A stretch of 64,000 nucleotides of DNA from an uncultured Actinomycetota bacterium (lineage in GTDB: Bacteria > Actinomycetota > Actinomycetes > JAHEKZ01), in NCBI GenBank assembly GCA_963829525.1, contig CAWHIJ010000003.1:2217969-2281968 (forward strand), given 5' to 3'. The notes beneath the pieces are model-generated. The model saw only the letters and a program-made list of their open reading frames with translations. It ran no database searches and was not told where the DNA came from. A program made the position numbers and the translations under genes. Below are positions 40,939 through 50,960 of this stretch, piece by piece; position 1 is the stretch's first letter, and each line of letters begins with the position of its first letter.

Positions 40939-41319
40939 TCACTCAAGCCAGAACAACTCAGCGAGGGTGGTCAGGCCAAACAGCACCGGAAAGACCAACA
41001 GGGGGATCCAGAGCAACGACCAACTCTCATTCCTCACCTTGGCGACCACGCCGAGTACGAAGGCCAACAGCGCGACCAGCAGCCCACCGAGCAGCGAGAT
41101 GCCCCCGAGGTAGCCAACGAAATTGTCCTCGATGGCCTCGGTGCCTCCGACCGCCAGGGCGATCAAGACGACCGCGTAGGCCAACGAGACGATCACCGCC
41201 ACCAGTGACCCAAGCCCAACAGCCCATCGGGCGAGCTTGCTTCTCTCCTGCGGAAGATCGACGACCGGAGTGACTGTCATCGAACTCACCTCCTCGGAGT
41301 AGCGATTCGCTTGCTCCAC
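40939..41319 (-). CDS. Hypothetical membrane protein (3 predicted TM helices)
   Basis: 126-aa ORF with hydrophobic stretches (LGSLVAVIVSLAYAVVLIALAV, LLGGLLVALLAFVLGVV, LLWIPLLVFPVLFGL). No family recognised. Confidence 0.5.
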   Translation of the reverse strand: MEQANRYSEEVSSMTVTPVVDLPQERSKLARWAVGLGSLVAVIVSLAYAVVLIALAVGGTEAIEDNFVGYLGGISLLGGLLVALLAFVLGVVAKVRNESWSLLWIPLLVFPVLFGLTTLAELFWLE

Positions 41320-41463
41320 TTCAAGGATCCTCCAGTGGCAGACCCATCACTAGGGCACAAGGCACCACGCCGTTGCAGTGATCCCGTCGCATCGTCGCCG
41401 TTGCCAGCGCTCTCACCCGAAGACCGGGCCGCCTGGGTAGCCGGATCGCTATCGGCGCGGAGG

Positions 41464-41787
41464 CTACCTGCGGCGGCTGATCTCCCGGTCGACGTCGGCG
41501 TTGGTGATCGGGCGCCGCCCGAAGACCTCCCATGCGTGCAACGCAAGGAGAACGCCCCAACCGGCCATGACCCATCCGGGCCAGAAGTATCCGGCACCGG
41601 TGACGAGCCAAACGAAGACGAGGAAGACGTTGATTACGACGTACGACACGACGTCCGCAATTATCTTCCGTCGGGCCTCCAGATGCCTGCGCGCCTCGGC
41701 GCGCTCGTCAGCGGCCGGGTCTCGGTCGGCAGGACCTGCGTTGCCGGACGCTGGGCCAGAGTTCAAAAACGGGGTAGGCACTGACAT
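41464..41787 (-). CDS. 2TM-domain membrane protein
   Basis: ATG 41787 (MSVPTPFLN ...). The C-terminal half, RRKIIADVVSYVVINVFLVFVWLVTGAGYFWPGWVMAGWGVLLALHAW, resembles the 2TM domain family. Confidence 0.55.
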   Translation of the reverse strand: MSVPTPFLNSGPASGNAGPADRDPAADERAEARRHLEARRKIIADVVSYVVINVFLVFVWLVTGAGYFWPGWVMAGWGVLLALHAWEVFGRRPITNADVDREISRRR

Positions 41788-42083
41788 CTCGCACCTCCTA
41801 TGCACTGATCCCCTCTTGCTCCCATTGTCCAGCGGTTCACGGCACGCTGGCAGAGTCAAAAGCCTGTGATCTACTCGGTCAGGCTGGGGCTCCCGAGCCG
41901 TCCACCACGTTTCGACGGTACTCGTCGAGAATGCTCTTGAACATCCTCTGACGTAGCTGCGGGGCGGGCCCAACGCCTCTTGCCCGAACGGGCTCCTGGG
42001 CGGATGCTGCGAATGTCAGCGGCGATTGAGGCCTTCGGTCTATTTGGCGTCCTGTTGCTGACTCGGGGGATGGGAGGACGATC

Positions 42084-42503
42084 ATGAAACTCCAGAAGCG
42101 AGATCTTGTCGCAACCGGCTTGGTGGTAGTTGCCGGGGTGATTTACCTGCTGTGGCTCCTTGACTCCGTTCCCACAAAGATGAGCGGTGTCCGGACAACA
42201 GGCGCCGTCATCCTTGTGCTCGGATTCGCAGCCTCTGCCACTGCGGTCGTGCCAACTTTCGATCAGCTTCTCCGCGGTAACAAGGTGTACCTAACCGTGA
42301 CATCCTTGCTTGGCTTGGTGGCCCTAGTTGCCGGCGTATTGATGCTGGTCGAAGCGAGCGAGACCGCGCTGGCCGTGGTGATGTTCGCCATGGTCGCGAT
42401 GTGGCTGATAGCGACAACCCATCACAGCCTCCTGGCCCAGACCACTTCGCCGAAGCCTGCACAAGGGGCACGTGAGACCTGGCGGCCAAAGGTCAACGTC
42501 TGA
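42084..42503 (+). CDS. Hypothetical membrane protein (4 predicted TM helices), atypical codon usage
   Basis: 139-aa ORF with GGGAGGA 5 nt upstream of the ATG. By manual count, roughly a quarter of its codons end in A or T. Confidence 0.55.
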   Translation: MKLQKRDLVATGLVVVAGVIYLLWLLDSVPTKMSGVRTTGAVILVLGFAASATAVVPTFDQLLRGNKVYLTVTSLLGLVALVAGVLMLVEASETALAVVMFAMVAMWLIATTHHSLLAQTTSPKPAQGARETWRPKVNV

Positions 42504-42642
42504 GGGCTGCACTGTGGTGCGACCAACCTGACCAACGCCCTGCAGCTCTGCCAGGTCCTCGGCACTGCAGTGTCGTACCTCGACCACATCGGGAGGTCGA
42601 TCTCCAACAGACCCCAGATCGTCATCGAGCATGCGATCTCCG

Positions 42643-43822
42643 CTAGCCCAGCAGGGCGTCGACGAAGACCTCTGGGTCGAACGGCGCAAGGTCGTCGGGG
42701 CCTTCGCCAAGGCCGACGAGCTTGACGGGAACACCGAGCTCGCGCTGCACCGAGACGACGATCCCGCCCTTGGCGGTGCCGTCGAGCTTGGTCAGCACAA
42801 CGCCGGTGACATCGACCACCTCGGCAAAGACCTTGGCCTGCGCCATGCCGTTCTGACCGGTCGTCGCATCGAGGACCAGCAAGACTTCGTCGACAGGAGC
42901 CTTCTTCTCGATGACTCGCTTCACCTTGCCCAGCTCGTCCATCAGGCCCGGTCTTGGTGTGCAGGCGCCCCGCGGTGTCGACGAGCAGCACGTCTGCCTC
43001 CGAGTCGATCGCAGCCGTCACCGCGTCAAAAGCGACACTCGCCGGATCACCACCTTCGGGTCCACGAACAACAGGCACTCCGACCCGGTCGCCCCAGGTC
43101 TGTAGTTGGTCGGCGGCTGCGGCCCGGAACGTGTCTGCCGCTCCCAGCACGACGTCGCGATCTTCTGCAACCAGTACGCGCGCCAACTTGCCGGTCGTCG
43201 TGGTCTTGCCGGTGCCGTTCACTCCGACGACAAGAACGACCGCCGGTCGACCAACAGCCTCAACGGCCAACGACCGGTCAGCGGCAGGGTCGAGGAGACC
43301 GAGCAGCTCGAAAACGCAGAAGTTTCGAGGCGAGGCTCCTGGCTCAGCGCGCAGTGCCGCCCGCAGACCCTCGACGACCTCGGCGGCGATGCCAACGCCG
43401 GTATCGGCGGCGATCAGTGAGTCCTCGATCTCTTCCCACGTCGCATCGTCGACGGTCGACCGTGATAGCAGGGCGACGATCCCCTGCCCTAGTCCACCCG
43501 ACCGGGCCAGGCGGTCCCGGAGTCTGGCCATTCGCCCGGCGACCGGAGCCGGACGGTCCAGGATGGCGAGGTCGCCGCTACCATCTGCACCGCGCCTAAA
43601 TCGGCGTCGTCCGGCAGCGGCACCGTCGCGATGGTCCGCTTCGGAGTGTCACGCGGCGGCGCAGCATCGTCGCCCACTCCCGGGACGTGCGTGCTCACGC
43701 GGCGGCGCCCCCGCGGTCGGGGCCGAGCGGCCCCGACCGGCTCGGAATGCGAGCATGCCAAGCCCGAAGACGAGCGCGAGCGCCAGAAGGCTGATGAGCA
43801 CGATGAGCGCGATGGGATCCAC
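42643..43822 (-). pseudogene. ftsY: Signal recognition particle receptor FtsY, about three frame changes
   Basis: The N-terminal anchor [24 protein letters not shown] starts at GTG 43822. The acidic linker ([19 protein letters not shown]) is in ORF 43489..43761. The NG domain start ([12 protein letters not shown] ... [10 protein letters not shown] ... [11 protein letters not shown]) is in ORF 42422..43531. The end ([11 protein letters not shown] ... LTKLDGTAKGG ... FVDALLG) is in ORF 42643..42942. Confidence 0.85.
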
Positions 43823-43948
43823 GGTCGGAGTCTCTCAGAGCGTCAACCCTGCCCGGCAAACGGTCCAGTGGGCCACCGCAGCCGGCGTGGGCCGCTCAGC
43901 CGGCGTGGGGGCCTCTAGAGAGCTCGCTCCCAGTAAGCCTCTCGGTGG

Positions 43949-46900
43949 TCAAGCAGACTCGGCCTCGCGCAGCCGCTGGCTGATGACCGCGCTCACTCCG
44001 TCGCCGCGCATGGAAACGCCGTAGAGCGCGTCGGCTACCTCCATGGTGCGCTTCTGGTGGGTGATCACGATCAGCTGGCTGTTCTCGCGAAGCTCCTCGT
44101 AGATATCGAGGAGACGGCCAAGGTTGGTGTCGTCGAGCGCCGCCTCGACCTCGTCCAGGACATAGAACGGGCTCGGCCTCGCCTTGAAGAGTGCGATGAG
44201 GAAGGCAACTGCCGTCAGCGACCGCTCACCACCGGAAAGCAACGAGAGCCGCTTGATCTTCTTGCCTGGAGGTCGTGCCTCGATGTCGACACCGGTCGAG
44301 AGCATGTCCGACGGGTTGGTGAGTACGAGCTGTCCCTCGCCTCCGGGGAAGAGTCTGGCGAAGACGTCGACGAACTCGCGCGCGACGTCGTGGTACGCCT
44401 CGGTGAAGACCTGCTCGACGCGCTGGTCGACCTCGCGAACGATCTCGTAGAGGTCGCGTTTGGTCTTCTTGAGGTCTTCAAGCTGCTCGGTGAGGAACTG
44501 GTGACGCTCCTCCATCGCGGAGAACTCCTCGAGCGCTAACGGGTTGACCTTGCCCAGGATGGCAAGGTTCCGCTCGGCGGCCCTGAGCCGCTTCTCCTGC
44601 TCGGCGCGGACGTACCGAATGGGCTCCCGAGGCGGGTCGGGCTCTTCTTCGCCCGGGGCCAGCAGCACTGGTGGCACGAGCTGGTCAGGTCCGTACTCGG
44701 CGATCAGCGCGTCGACGTCGACCCCGAACTCTTCCATGGCTCGAGCCTCGATCTGCTCGATCCGAAGACGTTGCTCGGTGCGGGCCACTTCATCACGGTG
44801 GACGGAGTCGGTCAGCTGCTCGAGCTCGCCGGCGATTGATCGCGAACGCGCACGGACATCGAGGAGTTCGGCCTCCAAGACGGTCCGGCCGTGCTCGGCC
44901 GCCGCGCGGGCTTCGGTGGCCAAATGTAGGGAGCGGTCCAGCCTGCTGCCGACGATGTCGCAGGCGCGAAGTACTGCCCTGGCGACCTCCGCTTCGCGCG
45001 CCGCTCTCTCGGCGAGCTGACGAGCCTCTTCGCGTGCCGTGCGCTCATCCTGAGCTGCGCGGTCGAGTTGGTCGGCGCGCCCGTGCAGAGCTCTGGCTCG
45101 CTCCTCGCCGGTGCGCACGGCGAGCCTGGCCTCGGTCTCAGATTCGCGGGCAACAATGAGTCCGGCCGCATACTGGTCACGCAATCCGGTGTCCGGCTCC
45201 CCGACGTCCGGCGCGTCCTCGGCGGCGGTGAGTCGGCCCTCGAGCTCGTGGAGCGTGGCCTGCGCCTCGTCATGTCGCTGCACCGCTGAGGCGATGGCCG
45301 ACTTCAGCCGGTCGGCCTCGGCTGCTGCCGAGCGGGCGGCCGAGCCGAGGTGCCCGAGTTGCTCGGCGACCGCCGACAGGCGTGCGTCAGACTCGTGCAG
45401 CCGGGCAAGAGTGCCGTCGACCCGCTGCTGGGCTTCCTGCTCGGCCGCCGTGCTCTGGGTGAGTGAGAACCGAAGCCGCTCACTGCGGTGGGTCGTCGCG
45501 ACGAGCTGCTCCTTCGCCTCGTCGACCGCAGCCTGAACCTCCAGGAGACTCGGCGCGTGTGATGAACCGCCTTGGGCGAACGCAGCTCCGAGCAGATCGC
45601 CGTCACGGGTGGCGGCGGTGACCGACGGCTCAGCCGCGACCAACGACCGCGCCTCGCCCAGACCATCGACAACGGCAACGCGCTCCAGGAGGAGCCGCAA
45701 GGCGGGCCGTACCTGCTCGGGCGCCTGGACCAGGTCGACGGCGTAGGTGGCATAGCCGGGTAGTGACGGCCATCCAACCGATCCATAACGCTCACCCCCA
45801 CCGACCAAAATTCCGGCGCGGCCAGCGTCGTCGCGCTTGAGCTGTGTCATGGCGGCAACTGCAGCGTCGAGCGAGTCGACGGCGACAGCATCGGCGGCCG
45901 CGCCAAGGGCGGCCGCGACCGCAGCTTCTGCCCCCGGCTCAATGGTGAGGATCGCCGCAACGGATCCGAGCAGGCCCGAGACGGTGTCGGTCGCAGCGAG
46001 CAGTGCCGCCGAACCATCCTTGCGGTCCAAGCCCATCTCCAGAGCCTCTACCCGGGCGACAAGACCCACCCGCTCCTGCTCAGCGGCACGCTCCTCCTCG
46101 CGCAGGGCGGCAACTCGCTCCTGCGCCTGGGCGAGCGCTTGCGATGCCCCTTCAAACTCGCTGTCAAGGTCGACCTCACCTTCGTCGAGCCCAGCGATCT
46201 GTGACTCAAGGCTGGTGAACTCCTGCTGGGCCGTACGCGCACGCGCTCCTCGGCGTCGGCCATGGTCGCGTTCAGCCGCTCCTGCTCGGCAGCCGCACTT
46301 TGAACGGTGGTCCGCGCCGCGCCCACCTTCCCGACCAGCCGTGCCATGCCCTCGCGGCGGTCGGCGATCGCCATGAGCTGCTCGGCGATCTGCGCCTCCT
46401 CGGTGGCCAGCGCACGCTCGGCCTCCAGCCGGTGCTGCTCGGCCACGGTCAACGTCACACGGTCCTGCGCCACCGTCGACTCAAGAGCCGTTTCCTGCTC
46501 GCGGATCTCGCGCGCTTCCGCCTCCATGTCCTCTGGCTCACGACCCGAGGTGCGGTGCGTCGGCACATCTGCGGCGAAACGGACCCGCTCAGATGCCAAC
46601 GAGGCGAGTCCTCTGAATCTGTCACGAAGCCCGGAGAGTCGGAACCAAATCTCCTGCGCATTGGTAAGTGCCGGGAGCGTCGCAGCCACGGCACCCTCGA
46701 GCTCGATCTCGCGCTGCTGCGACAACGCGAGAGCCGCCTCCGCCTCAGCACGCAGCTTGAGGAGAGCGTTTTCGTCGGCAACCTCCTGCTCAAGGGCCAA
46801 CCGGAACCCCGATAGATCATCGGAGAGCAGACGAAGCCTGGCATCGCGCACGTCAGCCTGAATCACGCTGGCACGCTTGGCGACCTCAGCCTGCCGACCC

Positions 46901-47514
46901 AACGGCTTGAGCTGGCGTCGCAGCTCGGACGTGAGGTCGGTGAGCCGAACGAGATTTGCTTCCATGGCGTCAAGCTTTCGCAGCGCCTTTTCTTTGCGCT
47001 TGCGGTGCTTGAGGACGCCCGCCGCTTCCTCGATGAAGCCCCGGCGGTCCTCTGGCGTGGCCGACAGAACGGAGTCCAGCTGGCCCTGTCCCACGATGAC
47101 GTGCATCTCGCGGCCGATTCCGGAGTCGGAGAGCAGCTCTTGAACATCAAGGAGCCGGCAAGGCTCCCCGTTGATCGCGTACTCAGAGCCGCCATTGCGG
47201 AACATCGTTCTGGCAATCGTCACCTCGGCGTAGTCGATCGGCAGGGCGCCGTCGGTGTTGTCGATGGTGAGCACAACCTCGGCGCGTCCCAGCGGAGGTC
47301 GTCCCGAGGTGCCCGCGAAGATGACGTCTTCCATCTTGCCGCCGCGAAGCGACTTTGCGCCCTGCTCACCCATCACCCACGAGAGCGCGTCGACGACGTT
47401 GGACTTGCCTGACCCGTTAGGTCCGACGACACAGGTGATTCCCGGTTCGAAGCGGAGGGTCGTTGCCGACGCGAACGACTTGAAGCCGCGGAGCGTGAGG
47501 GTCTTGAGGTACAC
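43949..47514 (-). pseudogene. smc: Chromosome segregation protein SMC, frame broken near 46250
   Basis: The N-terminal head (GPNGSGKSN) and coiled coil are in ORF 46048..47514. The hinge, second coiled coil and C-terminal head (LSGGERSLTAVAFL, VLDEVEAALD) are in the frame of ORF 43949..46069, which is open back to about 46250. Span is 3566 nt, which is 3n+2. Confidence 0.88.
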
Positions 47515-47827
47515 CGGCTGTTACTCCTGCGGTGTCGGCCCAAGTGCCGGGACCCCGTACGCAGAGCGCGGGCCCTCCCAGGACAAGGGTGGGGCGGACC
47601 GATGCAACTTGCGCCACACCGGCAGTGACCCGGCACGGTGGGGAATGCCTGTGCCAGTCGAAAGCAAGCGAGTCAGATTGAGCAGGTTGGATTCGAAGCC
47701 ATTGGAAGAGACGAACGGGCGCCCTGAGCCTACCCAGCGAACCTGTCACCTTGACACCGGACGCGCGGACACCGCGAAACAGGTTGGAGCAGACCCGATG
47801 GCAGAGCGACAGGCAAGTGCCGTTGCG

Positions 47828-48049
47828 TTAGGCGAGAGCCGGAGCAGAGCGCTCGGGCAGCGGAGCATCCAGCGTGATGATCTCCTCGGCGAGCGAACCA
47901 CCGATCGAGTCAGGCAGAAGGGCCTGGTTCTCGGCGGTCAGCCGGTCGACCTCGGACTGCAGCTCGGCCACCCGGCGACGCAACCGCGCCACCTCGGACA
48001 AGAGTCGTGGGTCAGGACCGCCGATGTGGCCAAGAATCGCCTTCGCCAT
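47828..48049 (-). CDS. Small conserved coiled-coil protein of unknown function
   Basis: 73 aa. MAKAILGHIGGPDPRLLSEVARLRRRVAELQSEVDRLTAENQALL with a heptad pattern. Confidence 0.6.
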   Translation of the reverse strand: MAKAILGHIGGPDPRLLSEVARLRRRVAELQSEVDRLTAENQALLPDSIGGSLAEEIITLDAPLPERSAPALA

Positions 48050-48243
48050 TTCTGGGAAGCCCCTTTCCTCGTCATGCGCGGCAAGTACCGAGAACCTGGT
48101 GGTCTCTCGACACGTCCGAGCGCAGCTCTGGCTGTCTGCTGGTCTCCGGTGCTGGTGGCCGGGCTCCTAGCCCGTGCAGATGATTCACCTGCGCACCACA
48201 CCGCCCCTTCAGGGTGACATCCCGGTGTCGAACAGGTCAAGAA

Positions 48244-48263
48244 GCGGTCACGATCGTGACCGC
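48244..48263 (-). promoter_or_regulatory. Perfect 20-bp palindrome GCGGTCACGATCGTGACCGC (terminator hairpin or operator)
   Basis: Self-complementary over all 20 nt. It lies 28 nt downstream of the mutM stop and about 195 nt upstream of the small coiled-coil gene. Confidence 0.4.
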
Positions 48264-48291
48264 AGACCGCCTGTCACATCACCCGATCGGG

Positions 48292-49227
48292 CTAGTCCAA
48301 TGGGGTGCTCGCACAGCTGACGGCTCTAGGTACCGCAGCGGAACGGGGCCGCGGAGGCCGCTGGCATCGCTGGCACACGAACGAGGATCGATTCTGAAAG
48401 TGCAGTCGTCGAATCGAGGCCCCGCAGCGCAGGCAGGCCTGGTCCTGCCGCCCGTAGACCGCCAACGAACGCTCGAAGTAGCCACTCTGGCCGTTGACGT
48501 TGACATACAGGGCATCGAAGGAGGTGCCCCCCTGCTCGAGCGCCTCTGCCATCACCTCCTTCGCCGCATCCAGCACTGAGGCGACCGCCTGCCTCGACAG
48601 CCCATGGGCCGAGCGCGCCGGATGTACGCGGGCCCTCCACAATGCCTCGTCCGCGTAGATGTTGCCGATCCCCGACACCACCGACTGGTCGAGGAGCACC
48701 CGCTTGATCTCAGAGTGACGCCGCCGCATCTTCGCCACCACCCGCCCTAGCTCGAAACTCGGTTCGAAAGGGTCGGCCCCGATGTGAACCAGCGAACTTG
48801 GCACCGCCCGAAGTCCGGCGGCGTCAGGTCCCAGGTGGTCCCACGCCAGACCGCCAAAGGTGCGCTGGTCCAGGAACGAGAGCCAGCGGCCGTCGTCGAG
48901 CTGAGCGTCGAACCGAAGGTGCGGGTGGTCGCTGAGGTCCTCGTCACTGACGCGGAACTGGCCGCTCATTCCGAGGTGGGCGACGAGAACATCACACACG
49001 GGAGCCGATGCCTCCCCCTCGGCGACCAAGCAAACCCACAGATACTTGCCGCGCCGCTCAACGCTGGCGCAGGTGCGGCCGGCCAACCGCGCACACAGAT
49101 CGGCGCCCCCTGCCTGGTGGCGCCTGGCCACCCGGGGGTGGTGAGCGTGCGCGCTGACAATCGTGCGTCCGGCGAGGTGGCCGGCCAAGCCCCGTCGGAC
49201 CGTTTCGACTTCGGGAAGCTCAGGCAC
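48292..49227 (-). CDS. mutM: Formamidopyrimidine-DNA glycosylase
   Basis: Start trimmed to GTG 49227, giving (M)[14 protein letters not shown]-terminal zinc finger CLRCG ... CQRCQ. Confidence 0.9.
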   Translation of the reverse strand: MPELPEVETVRRGLAGHLAGRTIVSAHAHHPRVARRHQAGGADLCARLAGRTCASVERRGKYLWVCLVAEGEASAPVCDVLVAHLGMSGQFRVSDEDLSDHPHLRFDAQLDDGRWLSFLDQRTFGGLAWDHLGPDAAGLRAVPSSLVHIGADPFEPSFELGRVVAKMRRRHSEIKRVLLDQSVVSGIGNIYADEALWRARVHPARSAHGLSRQAVASVLDAAKEVMAEALEQGGTSFDALYVNVNGQSGYFERSLAVYGRQDQACLRCGASIRRLHFQNRSSFVCQRCQRPPRPRSAAVPRAVSCASTPLD

Positions 49228-49981
49228 GTGACTCGTTGGCCCCTGGCGAGTCTCCGGGGCGCGCAGCTGCATCCCCTGGCCTGCCCGCCAGCGACTCCCA
49301 GGTGGCGGCCGCCGCCTCCTGCTCAGCCTCTTTCTTGGAGTGACCGCGACCACTTCCGTGCGGGCCGTCGCGGAGTACGACGGTGGCGACGAACGATTTC
49401 GCGTGATCTGGGCCAGACTCAGTGATCCGGTACTCCGGAACCCCGAGCTCGAGGGTGGCGGTCAGCTCTTGAAGGCTGGTCTTCCAGTCGAGTCCAGCCC
49501 CAAGGTGCGGAGCTCGGTCCAGCAGTGGGTCAAAGAGCCGGTGGACGACCAGCGCGGCAACCTCGTCACCACGGTCGACGTAGACAGCCCCGATCAGCGC
49601 CTCCAAGCCGTCGGCCAGGATCGAGGCCTTGTCACGACCGCCGGTCGCTTCCTCGCCCTTTCCGAGCCGGAGGTGTTGGCCAAGACCGATGGCGCGCGCC
49701 ACTTCGGCCAGGGCACGCATGTTCACGACCGCGGAGCGCAGCTTTGCTAGCTGGCCCTCGGGAAGGTCGGGATGGCTGAGGTAGAGGCTTTCGGTGACGA
49801 CCAGGCCGAGGACTGAGTCGCCGAGGAACTCCAGGCGCTCGTTGGTCGGCAGTCCACCGTTCTCGTAAGCGTACGAACGATGGGTCAGCGCCTGATCGAG
49901 CATCTGCGGCGCGAGCTCGACATCCAGGGCGGTCAGCAAGGGGTGCGGACCGGGCAGGGAACCCGATTCTGGGGTGGTCAT
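49220..49981 (-). CDS. rnc: Ribonuclease III
   Basis: [12 protein letters not shown] signature and a C-terminal dsRBD. Confidence 0.93.
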   Translation of the reverse strand: MTTPESGSLPGPHPLLTALDVELAPQMLDQALTHRSYAYENGGLPTNERLEFLGDSVLGLVVTESLYLSHPDLPEGQLAKLRSAVVNMRALAEVARAIGLGQHLRLGKGEEATGGRDKASILADGLEALIGAVYVDRGDEVAALVVHRLFDPLLDRAPHLGAGLDWKTSLQELTATLELGVPEYRITESGPDHAKSFVATVVLRDGPHGSGRGHSKKEAEQEAAAATWESLAGRPGDAAARPGDSPGANESRA

Positions 49982-49994
49982 GGGTGCTGACCGG

Positions 49995-50168
49995 TCAGAC
50001 AGCGGTGACCTGTCGCTTGTTGTAGGTACCGCATGTCGGGCATGCGATGTGCGGCAGCTTGGGCTCGCGACAGCGATCGCACGCGACGATCGTTGGGCGA
50101 CTGGCCTTCCAGTTGGCCCGTCGCGAACGGGTGTTGGAGCGCGATGTCTTCCGCTTCGGGACGGCCAC
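49995..50168 (-). CDS. rpmF: 50S ribosomal protein L32
   Basis: Below the track cutoff. Manual translation from GTG 50168 gives (M)[56 protein letters not shown], 57 aa. Confidence 0.9.
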   Translation of the reverse strand: MAVPKRKTSRSNTRSRRANWKASRPTIVACDRCREPKLPHIACPTCGTYNKRQVTAV

Positions 50169-50188
50169 AGCGATGCCCTTCTAGTCCT

Positions 50189-50752
50189 CTAGGACGCGCT
50201 AGGCGCGTCTGGTGCGTTCGAGTCCTGCCGATGCAGGCCCCCCAGGGCGGCCCATCGAGGGTCGACCTGGTCGTGCTGGTGCTCCGGGTCATCGTTCAGC
50301 CGAGCGCCGCACATGGCGCAAAGGCCGAGACAGTCGTCCTGGCACACCGGTTGCAGGGGCAGGGCGAGCACCACGGCGTCCCGCAGAACTGGCCGGAAGT
50401 CGACGAGCTCGTCCTCCACCTGCGTGATCTCTTCCGCATCCGCAGCCGCGGTGTCGGGGTAGGCGAAGAGCTCCTGGATGTCGAGGTCTAGATCGAAAAC
50501 CAAAGGATCTAGACACCGCACACACTCACCACTTGCCTGTGTCCGACAGGTGCCGGACACCAGCACCCCCTCGATCACCGACTCGAGCCGCAACTGCAGC
50601 TCGATCGGGGCACCTTCAGGGACACCAACCACGTCCGTGCCGAGTCCGGGCGGCGCATCGAGCGTGCGACTCACCTCAACCATTGCCCCTGGGCGCCTCG
50701 CCACCGCTTGGGTGTCGAGAACCAACAGGTCACGCGGGTTGAGGCGAGACAC
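50189..50752 (-). CDS. DUF177 (YceD family) protein
   Basis: Conserved partner upstream of rpmF. C-terminal CxxxCxGLC motif (CQDDCLGLCAMCG). GTG 50752 is preceded by AGGAG. Confidence 0.85.
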   Translation of the reverse strand: MSRLNPRDLLVLDTQAVARRPGAMVEVSRTLDAPPGLGTDVVGVPEGAPIELQLRLESVIEGVLVSGTCRTQASGECVRCLDPLVFDLDLDIQELFAYPDTAAADAEEITQVEDELVDFRPVLRDAVVLALPLQPVCQDDCLGLCAMCGARLNDDPEHQHDQVDPRWAALGGLHRQDSNAPDAPSAS

Positions 50753-50960
50753 GAGCGGTGTTCTCCTGGCGCACACCGCTCAGCTCGCCAGGTGGCGAGG
50801 TGTTAGGCGTGCCCTTGGGCAGTCCGGACCACGGCCTCGGGGACGAGACCGCTGTCTAGGGTAGCCGAGCACGACCACCGCCCCAAACCGGCATCGGCCC
50901 CCTCCCTGCCTGGATGCTGGCCCGGATGCTGGGGGTGGCAGGTTGTGTGCGGCACCGGGC

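Noticed and set aside
41879-42085. 68-aa minus-strand ORF in the 296-bp gap between the 2TM gene and the 4-TM gene
   Set aside because: No SD, an Arg/Pro-rich composition, and no recognisable family. It was kept out of the feature list. It could still be tested by proteomics.
47681-47700. T-loop-like motif ggattcgaagcc suggesting a tRNA
   Set aside because: The flanking bases do not form a T stem, and no acceptor or anticodon arms can be drawn on either strand.
47515-47827. Degenerate acylphosphatase gene next to smc
   Set aside because: Manual translation of the frames shows no V-G-VQGV-FR-like signature and no long open frame.
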